DNA from: Utricularia gibba
Taxonomy: Eukaryota; Plantae; Magnoliophyta
Reading direction: 5' to 3'
Assembly: GCA_002189035.1 (NCBI GenBank)
Contig: NEEC01000014.1
Location: 372,001 to 436,000 of the forward strand
Length of the DNA stretch: 64,000 nucleotides
Part shown: positions 50,532-61,033 of the stretch, one piece after another
How positions within the stretch are numbered: the first letter of the stretch is position 1
Layout of the letters: each line of letters starts with the position of its first letter
Position numbers and translations under genes: made by a program
Notes under the pieces: model-generated
Told to the model about the DNA's origin: nothing
The model's input: the letters and a program-made list of their open reading frames with translations, nothing else
Database searches by the model: none

Positions 50532-51842
50532 CCTTCATTCTCATTCTCAAAATATTTAGATCGTGCTCGGGTAACGTGTTTACGTTTCTAAACATACATG
50601 TATTGAAAAAACCTAAATTCATCTATCACATAAATTTTATTAATAAAAAAGTTTTAATTCTTTTTTCTATTCATTTTGACCACATTTATCATTCATAATA
50701 AGATCATAAACATACATTAATAACATAATTAATATATTATTAATTAAACTATCTTACCAAACGCATCTTTAAACAGTGTTTACGAACTGTACTTATTTTT
50801 CAAAGTATTTTCTATTTTTACTTTTTGAGATTATGCATGAGGAGAAAGACCTTCTATGCGTTACTTGTCACGAAATTTTCAAACATCTCAAAGAAGCAGA
50901 AATCAACATAATACAATAGTTTCGAAAAACCGTCTTAGTTCGATCTTTTGAAACATGATTTAATTGCTAATAATTCAAACTTATGTTACATAGTAAACAT
51001 ATTTGCAAAGTCAACTAGGCACAAGATCACTAGGGAAGCTTTGGCGAAGCTAAATATCTTCAAATTAGGGCGTCTATGCATCTTGAATTCAATCATCCTA
51101 CAACGCCCACCGCGATGCCTGCATTTATGTTAATTTATGAGACCCCCCACAAAAAAAAATAGTACCAGCAGAAAGCTTATAGAAAGAATTATTAATTTAA
51201 ATTTACATTAATTACTTTAAAAAAAAGACTGCAGGCTTACTGCTACTCATAGCTTGACCCCACTGATTACCTTTTTCAGCCAATCACGTCACGTGAAATC
51301 TGGAACTCCCCAAACACACCCTTCACAAGTATTTCTAAATTCAGTTTTTAAAAGTGCATTCTCTGTATTTGTTACATAATATGTAATAATATTTGTAATA
51401 TTTTGAAGTGGGCCCAGCGCGCAAACGCACGTTTGGATAGATTTGGGCCAGGTGTAACTGGAGGCCCGCACAGAGAAACTGGGCCCGCGGTTCATTCCTT
51501 CTGCTCGCTAACGCAATAACTAGTGTTTTAATTTGATAATAAAACTACTTTCGCAATATTTTTTAAAAAATAATTCAAAAAAGAATTAGTCAATCCCCAT
51601 TAGTAAGCTATCTAGGTTCCGCGCTAATTCATGCACTGAATTCCACGAACAGAACAATGAGATGATTTTATTATTACATTGCATATTAATTATCACGAAG
51701 TCTAATTGAGTATTATATTTAATAAATTGCAATGAGGCATGGAGTCAACTATGCGGGAATCAAAACTGTAATTTTGAGTTGTGAGAAATGAACCCCCAAC
51801 CTGACGTGCTTCCTCCGTGCTCTTTGGCTAGGTGTAGTTGCA

Positions 51843-53398
51843 ATGTCGCGCCGATCTCCCGTCACGCCCAAGAGGCTTCTGTTCAAGGGTTTACTGCAGA
51901 AGTATGGGCCGGGCGGGCTACGGATGCTGATAGGCTGCTTTCTACTTGTTGTTATGGTGATGGGCGTGTTCAATATTTTGAAAAATGGTGAATCTGATGA
52001 AGGCTTTCTCTGGAGAGGATTTGATGAAGGTTCTTGCCTGAGTGGAAGACGTGACTCCCTTTTGCATCGTCGTCCCACGCTGCGAAAGCCTTCTCCGCAC
52101 CTCGTGTCCAAGCTGCGAAGCTACGAAGCACGGCACAGAGGTGTGCGCCGTACACGTTTTTGTACAACGAGACTGTGAGTGCTCTCCAGGGCGGGAAGCC
52201 CGCCGGGCAACAGGAATGTAAGTATAGCATATGGCTTCCCGTCGGCGGATTGGGTAACAGAATGATAAGCCTGGCTTCTGCATTCCTGTATGCTCTTCTC
52301 GAAGATCGAGTCCTGCTCATCGATCCGCAAGATGCAATTTCAGATCTTTTTTGTGAGCCATTTCCGCAGTCTTCTTGGCTTCTCCCGCTCGACTTCCCGT
52401 TGCTTCAGAGATTCAAGGGGCTTAACAAGAATTCTCCGGAGAGTTTCGGGGAGTTATTGAGAAACAACTTGTTGGGCGATTCGAATACCTCAAGGTTGCA
52501 TCCGTACGTGTACGTCCACCTTTATTCCGATTATGGTGATCAAGAGAAATCCTTCTACTGTGATCAGGAGCATTCTTACATACGACGCGTGCCATGGTTG
52601 ATAATGATGTCGGAACTCTACTACGCTCCTTCGTTTTTCTCCATGTCCACCTTCGAAAAAGAGCTGGGAGATCTTTTCCCCGACAAGGAAAATGTTTTCC
52701 ACTTCCTTGGGAGGTATTTGTTTCACCCAACGAATTCCGTTCTGGGACTGGTTACAAGATACTACGAAGCTTACTTGTCTGAAGGTGACATAAAATTAGG
52801 GATCCAAATTAGGGTTTTCCCGCATGAAAAAACTCCCGTCCAAAATATCCTCAATCAAATTCTTTCCTGTACTACGAACGAGGGCTTACTTCCGCGTGTC
52901 CACAAGCAAGAGCAAGAACTTTCCAGAAAGACGGAGAAGAAGAAAATTGTAGTGCTAATGACATCACTAAGCGAAGAGTACTTCAAGCAACTCAAGAAAT
53001 TGTACTGGGAAAATCCAACTGTAACAGGGGAGGCCATCGCAGTCCATCAACCAAGCTTCGAGGAGCAGCAGAACACAGGGAATCTAAATCATGACAAGAA
53101 AGCACTGGCGGAAATATACCTACTCAGCTTAACCGATAAGCTGGGTACAAGTGCATCTTCGACTTTCGGCTATGTGGCTCAGAGTCTCGGCGGACTGACG
53201 CCATGGATGATCTTCAAGTCGATCAACGAGAGCGGACATGACCGGCAATGTCGCCGGGTTCCCTCAATCGAGCCGTGTTTTCACGTTCCCACGGAATATG
53301 ACTGTAAGACGAGAGGTAAAAGCACTAGCTCAAGGCCCCATATTAGAAGATGTGAGGATTTGGGAGTTCAGTTGGTTGACAACCATGGCAATGGGTAG
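51843..53398 (+). CDS. GT37 fucosyltransferase, copy 3; apparent 1-nt deletion near 52140
   Basis: ORF 51843-52178 (TM, LRSYEARH) shifts frame into 52160-53398 (catalytic domain). Restoring one base gives H-R-x-C-A-P-Y-T as in the paralogs. Confidence 0.88.
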
Positions 53399-54588
53399 TT
53401 CCATGATCTTGGTCAGTTGGTTTTTTTTGGTTTATTGTAACTTTATTTTTATTTAGTAATATTTAAATTATTGATTCCATTATTTATGGAATTTACAAAA
53501 ATGATATCCATTGTTTTCCTGTTATGCTGTTTAAAAAGTTAGTATAATTAGTTTTCAATATTTTAAAATAATTTTAAAATTGATCTCAAATAATTTAGTA
53601 TTAACTATTTTGACATAATTGATTTCTAATTTTGAATTAATTGACATTAATAATCTCCAATTATTTAAAAATGTTAACAATCTTAGTCCCCAACTAATCA
53701 TGTCTAATTTATTGAATAATGAAAAGTAATTATAACCCGTGTTTAAATAAAGTTAGATAAAAAATATTAAAAATTGAAAACTAATTATACCCGTTTTTTA
53801 AAATGTTGGAGATAAATTTTATTAATGGAAAGAAAATACGTAATTTACATTGACTAGTTTTTGTCAAAGTGTTAAACATTGAAGCTTAACCTAAATCCTC
53901 TTGCGTGGAAATGGGGTATTCTTTTTTTTCAACCAAAGTTCACAAATGGCAGAGAATATGGACTTTCCGATCCGACGGCTCGCATTAATGCGTTGACACT
54001 GCATGCCCTAGAATGAATTTGACCGCAGCACTAGATTTTTTTTCCCATTGTAAATCTTCAAGCCCTCACCACCCTAGAAACGGGCTACATGATATTTCAT
54101 GAGTAGGACTGAGCATATGAAATGTAATACCTAACACCAATCTTGTTCAAATAATTCGATATTTTGTGATAACGATCGTCATTATCCAAATATGGAGATT
54201 ATACATTAGAAACGTATGTATGTGTCAAAAAAACTGTGATATTGAATAACCCAACTGAATAATTTATCTGATTGGTCAAAAAAAAATTGGTAGTAAAAAA
54301 TGGAATAACCGACGTGTTAAATGTTCTTCATTTTTCGTGTAAGAACAACTTTTGTCATAATTCGAACAACAACCTTGAAAACTGGATATCCTTGAGATTA
54401 TTCAGCGCTCCTATCTCGTTCGTGTAGCGATGGCGGCATTGATTGTCTACAATAATTTAGCATATAGATTTAAAATCCTATTAATAAATATGTAATTATG
54501 TGGCATTAATACCATACAGGGAGGGGCTTACGGGTTTATCACACGCCTCCCTGTGTTCGTTCATACTTGCATCTCGCGCCTAGGAATC

Positions 54589-56294
54589 ATGAAAAGAGCG
54601 CCGGTCTCCAAGGGGTTGCGAAGCCAGTATTGGCTCAACTTCTTGATACTGGTCGGGGGTTTTCTGATCGCGGCGATCAGCTTAACCTTTTTGTTTAACA
54701 TGTCCGGCGCGTTGAAGGATCGTGGCGCTGATTACAAGCCCGACCAAGGTGGTAATTTTTCTCGTAATCCCGTCGACGAAGAGGCTCCGGTCACGGATCA
54801 TCGGACCGACGAGGAGCTGCCGCCGGAGGGTGACCTGGAGAGTAAGCCGATCGATGAAGGCTTTTTACCTAGTGGATTCGATGAGAGTTCTTGCGTTAGT
54901 CGATACGACCCCTCTTGCTTCGAAAGGCAACGTTAAGAACATCTTCTCAGCACCTCAAATCGACGCTACGAAAGTATGAAACTCGACACAAGAGATGTGC
55001 TCCGTATACGGAGGCGTACAACAAAACCGTGGCGGTTCTGGGATCAAGCGATGCGACCATGGCGTCTGAATGCAAGTTCAACATATGGTTTCCGACGGGT
55101 GGGTTAGGGAACAGAATCCTCAGCCTTACTTCTTCCTTCCTCTACGCTCTCCTTACGGATCGCGTTCTCCTGATCGACACCGATGAGGGTTTCTCCGATC
55201 TCTTCTGTGAACCCTTTCCGGGCGGTTCATGGTTGCTTCCTCTGGACTTCCCGTTGCGCGAAAGATTCAAAGAGTTCAAGAAACATTCAAATGATAGCTT
55301 CGGGGAACTACTGAGAAACAATCTTATAGGAAACCCAACTAGTTCGAAACCCCAGCCTTACCTATACGCTCACGTTTACTCGGACTACGGCGATCTCGAT
55401 AAACGTTTCTACTGCGATGAGGAGCAGTCGTACGTTAAAGACGTCCCGTGGACGATAATGATGTCAAACGTGTACTTCGCTCCGGCCTTCTTCACGATGC
55501 CGATGTTCAAACAGGAACTAGATGACATGTTTCCGGACAAGGGGACGGTTTTCCACTTTCTGGGAAGGTATTTGTTCCATCCCAGCAACGAGGTCTGGGG
55601 ACTTGTAAGAAGATTTCACGAAGCTTACCTGTCCGAATTTGATGTGAAAGTAGGGCTACAGATTAGGGTTTTTCACCACGAAGAAGGCATCCCTTTTGTG
55701 AACGTTATGGATGAGATTCTTTCATGCACCATGAACGAGGGTTTGCTTCCACGTCTTCATGCTCAAGAGCAAGAACCTTCATCCAACCGTACAACGGAAA
55801 ACAGTAACAAGAAGAAAATCGCGGTGCTAATGACCTCGTTGACACGACAATTCTTCGAGCCTCTGAGAAGACTGTTCTGGCAAAACGCAACCGTCACCGG
55901 AGAGTCGGTGGCAATCCACCAACCCAGCTTCGATGAGCATCAGCAAACGGGGGACAGAGACCATGATCGGAGAGCGCTGGCGGAAATATACCTATTGAGC
56001 TTAACGGACAAGCTGGTTACCAGCGCAGCATCAACTTTCGGGTACGTAGCTCAAGGCCTTGGCGGGCTGACGCCATTGATGATCCCCAAGTCGATGAACC
56101 GGACGACCCAGCCGTGTCGCCGCCTCCTTTCCATGGAGCCGTGCTTCCATATGCCACCCTACTACGACTGTAAGACACACCAAAGGACTAATACCAGTGT
56201 TGTTGAGCCTTATCTCCTGCAATGCGAGGACTTGGCTGTCGGTGTGAAGTTGGTCGGAGATCCTACGAGCACGAGTACGCCTTCCAACCCTTAG
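54589..56294 (+). CDS. GT37 fucosyltransferase, copy 4; apparent 1-nt deletion at 54909-54912
   Basis: TM plus acidic stem, then a frameshift at GACCCCTC. One extra C gives SRYDPLLLRK, matching SKYDPLL/SKHDPLL in copies 1 and 2. Confidence 0.88.
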
Positions 56295-57260
56295 CTTTTA
56301 TCCGTCCATCCACGTCGTGAAATTCAGAAAGTCTGCGGTATCATGAAACTTATTTTTGGGGTTCTCCGATGTTGCTCGATGGGGCAAAAGCAAATTCAAA
56401 ACCACATATCCCGACATTATCTGCCTGTGTTTTATGCAGTCAGAGGGAAATCTTAACTCTGAAAACTCCTTTGTTGCTTCTACTATTATTTATTTCTTCA
56501 ACGAATTTGAGTTTTTTATCTGAAGAATTGGAGTATGGCATGGATTGTGTAAATTGGAGTATATTTCGAGTAATAAATTCAGTGCCTCGTAGGAAGTGGT
56601 CCAAGCAACTATAGAAAGAATAAGGCAATAGTGAATCAAATTCCTATTGGAGTTCAAAATTGCAGGTTTTTAGAGGGGAATAGACACGTAGGTGAGTTAA
56701 TGGGGCAACAAAGGGAATTATGAGAGATTTTGACTTTTGAGTCTAATTAATGAACAGTTAAGTGTAATAACTCTCATCCCCCGCCATTTTCTGCATTCAT
56801 TTATTACAAAATACCTTATTAATACCTAGAAAAATTATTTCAAAAATTTCAAACTTAAAAATTCATATATCTAGAAAAATTAATATCTCAATATATAACT
56901 GATGAAGTGACATTTTTTATTTAAAACATAGATAGAGAATTTATTATATCTATATCGAATTCAATATCTCAAAATTTGAAATTACATTTTTTGTATTTTG
57001 AAAATTTTTTAAAATATGACCCATAGATTTATATGAATGTAAATAAAATTTTAATATTTTTTTAAAAATAAAAAAAACAAGGTTTCCTTTTTTCAAAAAA
57101 TTTTTGAAACATTTTTCTCTAAATAGAACATATTCCAATTAACCTTTTAAGCATCTATTACAACTTAAAAGTAAAGCCGAAGTCGCAAAGCACGGAGCTG
57201 AGAATCAAGCAACATTTACTCCGGCAACACAAAATCTTCACTAGAAGAAGTCCAGCAGCA

Positions 57261-59299
57261 TCATTTTTTCGAGGAGCCGAAGCCTCCGAACCCCATCATG
57301 GCTGCGACATCGGGGTCGATCTCAGGTTCCTCCTCTGCGGCCTTCTCTCGCTGCGGGTTCCAAAAAGATAAGAGGATAAAGAAGAGCTCAAGTAGCAATG
57401 AAAAAACAAGGAGCCAACCTTCTTCTCCTTCTTCCTCTCTCGACGCTGCCGCTTCCTATCCTCCTCCTCTTCTTGTTGTTTCAAGATGCGCTCATCTAGA
57501 TCTATGAATAAGACCACAGCTATTGTCAACAGGGCCATAAAAAAAGCCATCACAAGGAATAGGATTCCACAGAAACAATCATCAAGGTGCCATGTTTTTG
57601 AATGTGAAGGAAATTAAAACGGTGAAAGCATGCAACGAAATAGCTCTCTAGACGAAGTTACCAAAAAACTCTCATTGAGGATCTAGCAGGCGTATTGGTC
57701 ATTTTCATTTGTGGGATTGCCCATTTCAGCTTAAGAAACACTCAAGCATGAAAATCATGCAAATATGCCAAAAGAAATACTAATACAGCAAAAACACACG
57801 TCAAATTGAATCCATAGTTTACCATGCACCGTAAAGCTTTCAGTAGTTTTCTGCTTTTTGACAGACTCAAACCGTTTTTGCACCTGCCAGTCAAGGAGAT
57901 GGAATATACATAAACAAATTGGAATAACAGCTTGAATTTTCTAAAACCCAAAAAGCTCCATAGCTGATTAATCAGTAGATGTTGGGAAAAGGCATTGTGA
58001 AGTCTCATTAATTAAAATAAACCGATTGGTTGACATGCAATGCACGGTTGGTCTGAGAGTGAATACCTCAACACGTATATGATTATTATGGTGTGAGAGT
58101 GAATACCTGCTCCAAGGTTGCTCGCTCAGATCGCATTGACATGCCCAAAGCTCGTTGATCTATGAAGAATACGAATGGTAAACAGTTACAGCGGGGAAGA
58201 GCTAACTAGCCAAAAGAATGAGAAAATTAGAGCATCAGAAGGCTTACGCTTCTTCCCATTGATATGGTCCAAATAGTTTGCAGAATCTTTTACGACACAT
58301 TCACATACAGAGCAGTAGTATCCTGCCTGCAGAAATTGTGGTTATGGCTTAAACTGAAAATAAGGCTGGCTATGAAACTGATTTTCCCAAGAAAACTCAA
58401 CAATGATGGGTAAGCCACCGTAATATTAATCTTGTGGTCAAGAATCGTTGAAAGATGGTTTCCAACAGAAGCATGAATTATAAAGCATCTGATGGTACTA
58501 AAAATCCTTCCAAAATCACGCACAGAATTTAGAAAAAGGTAACAGCAACGAAAATACCAACAAAGTGATGAATCACAGACTGAATCAACGTGTAAACTAT
58601 TACCTGCTGACTTAGAGGAGCAATCGGCGTCACCACCTACAAAATAGATATGAGTCAATCTTCCATCCATATGGTTCTAGAAAAAATCATTATTTTACAC
58701 AATGGCGGAAGTAGCCGGTAGCTTGGGTAAAGCTGAAAACTTTAGGTGTAAATAGGAAACAAACCTGTGTCTTCCCTAAGCGTGATTCGAGATCCACTTC
58801 ATAATCCCTGTGCTTCAAAGGTTTCCGTTGCACTGGTGGACCTCCTGCTGCATATTACCAAAACTAGAGGGCTACAACTACTGGAAGATAAAGGGCTGCG
58901 ATATTCTTTATTCAAAAACGAAAAGAAAGGGCGAAGATGATTAGGGCACTTAGATTGCAATACTCACACTTTTTTGATCGAGCCTCTGCTTCCTACACAA
59001 CAGGGCAAGAAAGACGTATTACCCAAACATTTACGAACACAAACCAGACTCTCCACCGATGATGAGAACTAAAAGAAAACACTTGAAAACGATATCACCA
59101 AGCCCTACCTTCTCCTCGCGTTCGCGGGCGCGCTGCAGATACTCCTCCCGGTCAAATTTTCTTCGAAACGTGTTGTCAACTCCAGCACCCTGAAACCCAG
59201 AACCAGATTCTGCCTAGTTAGTTCAAAACGCCGACACTAGTCCTCCGTAAATGAAAACCCGAAACAATATGTAACCACCGAGTTGCCGGATTGAGCCAT
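57261..59299 (-). CDS. ZMAT2: Zinc finger matrin-type protein 2 (Snu23 homolog, spliceosomal B complex), about 9 small exons
   Basis: Manual splicing: MAQSGNS|..[15 protein letters not shown]..|..[26 protein letters not shown]|[11 protein letters not shown]|[26 protein letters not shown]|[10 protein letters not shown]..|..|[14 protein letters not shown]..|..[18 protein letters not shown]. Confidence 0.93.
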
Positions 59300-59461
59300 G
59301 GAGCCAATTTCACGCAGAACTCCTACTCCTGGGATGAATTGCTGCTAATTGCAAAATAAAGAAGGGAAATTTCTCAGAAAATCTCCGTCTGCTGCTGACT
59401 CGATTGTGAGTGAAACTCCAATCGGATGAGTCTCTGTTTGCCAAGAAAAAAAGAGCACATG

Positions 59462-59572
59462 AGCCCAACCTTTGCGCCAACGTAAATATCGGCCCAAAAA
59501 TCAACTGAAACCCAGCCCAACTCTTTTAAGTATAAAGAATAAAAAACAAATAAAGTGCAAAGAGTTAGCCCA
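59462..59572. promoter_or_regulatory. Site II element cluster upstream of ZMAT2
   Basis: Four RGCCCA motifs 160-270 bp upstream of the ATG. Confidence 0.6.
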
Positions 59573-60295
59573 TTTTCAATGGCAGTACCACATAAATATA
59601 AATATTAAATTAATCAAGTAAATTGATTCCGTACGCTTACATTCAAATTTCTTTCCTATTTTAGATTTTTTAAATCAATATTTAAATTAAAATGCAGAGG
59701 ACCAAGCCACCCCTTCCAATCAAGAAACAAGCATCCCAAGCCCCCACCTCCAAGCACGTGGTTACATGTGCATAGGGCCCACAAGTTTCCTTTACGATTA
59801 ATTGGACAATAACCGTCACCATTTAATATAATTTTCATAATAATAGTGAATAAATACTCACCAAATAATAAATTCAAAAAATGACACCATAGAAATGAAG
59901 GGGGCACTCTCAACATTGGTTCACTGGTGTATTTCATATTCTTCATATAGCAATTCTGCATATATATCGAATTTGTATATAAAGTAAAACAATCAAATAC
60001 GCAGGAATGTTTATGGGCGTACCAACATGTAGTAACATGAATGTGTATGTTGGATGTTTTGTGACGAAGAACAAGAAACCTGATTTAGGGGATATGTAAA
60101 GGGAAAGGAGCTCATTGATACAGATTTCCACAGGTTTATTGATTACAAGCAACACACATGTTACATAAGAAAGAAGAGATGGAAAGTGAGATGATGTTTA
60201 TGAGGCAGTTACCACAAGTACACACTCTATGTGTCTATAGGAACAAGTGCACAATTTCTTGATGTTGTACAGGTTTTTCTTTTTATTATTACCTG

Positions 60296-61033
60296 TTAGA
60301 AAGGTGGCCTTGGGTGCATCCAACTTCCAAAAAAATCAGGGTTTTGAGGACCGTTGGGGGTAAAATTGTAGACTGGGAAGGACGAGGGATCCATCAGGTT
60401 ATGATGGAGCATCGCTTGGGGAGATCCAGGGAGCTGTCCGGGGACCTGAGAGGAGCTTCCGGCGCCGGCGCTGCCGTCGTCGTCGTCAGCAAGCGGAAGC
60501 CTCTCATAAGTTGCATTTGAAAAAGTAGCTGCAATGACCAAAACAGGGCCGGAGGCGATCAAGGGCCCCACCACACTGCCACCCAATACCTGTCCTTGGC
60601 CCCCGGATAGATAAACCGTTAAACCGGTGGCGCCTGGCGGAACCGGACCGGGGAGAAAAGCTCCGGTGAGTGAAAGAATCTCAAGCCGGCCTTGTAAAAC
60701 CACAGCGGCGCTCGAAGCCGCCGGTTGACGAAGGGTGGCGTTTATGACGAACCCGGTTCCGCTCAAGACACAAACTCCACGCTGGCGGCGGCGCGCGAAT
60801 TGGGCTATGCTCTCGGCCACGTCCAGGCCGGCGGCGACTTCCATCACCTGGCTGCGTAGCGCGTTGGGGGAATCGCGGGCGACGAAAATCGGAGGCTTCG
60901 GTTTGTTTCTCGATCCCGGAGGCCGGCCCCGCGGACGGCGGTGCCCCACTTCCACCGCGCCGCCATCGCTCCTGCCCTCTTTGTCGTCGTCGTCGTCGCC
61001 CCTTCCCACCCGATCGTTGATCGACAACTCCAT
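60296..61033 (-). CDS. AT-hook motif nuclear-localized protein (clade A AHL), intronless
   Basis: [19 protein letters not shown]-hook followed by a PPC/DUF296 domain ([33 protein letters not shown]). Confidence 0.94.
   Translation of the reverse strand: MELSINDRVGRGDDDDDKEGRSDGGAVEVGHRRPRGRPPGSRNKPKPPIFVARDSPNALRSQVMEVAAGLDVAESIAQFARRRQRGVCVLSGTGFVINATLRQPAASSAAVVLQGRLEILSLTGAFLPGPVPPGATGLTVYLSGGQGQVLGGSVVGPLIASGPVLVIAATFSNATYERLPLADDDDGSAGAGSSSQVPGQLPGSPQAMLHHNLMDPSSFPVYNFTPNGPQNPDFFGSWMHPRPPF

Noticed and set aside
51300-51330. GGAACTCCCCAAACAC resembles the miR395 complement
   Set aside because: Several mismatches and no partner arm for a precursor hairpin; no conserved miRNA was recognised anywhere in the window.
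56800-57140. Very AT-rich stretch, possible MITE remnant
   Set aside because: No TIR or TSD could be delimited.
57296-57553. Track ORF suggesting a small membrane protein (MMAFFMALL…)
   Set aside because: It is intron plus ZMAT2 exon sequence; the hydrophobic part is intronic.
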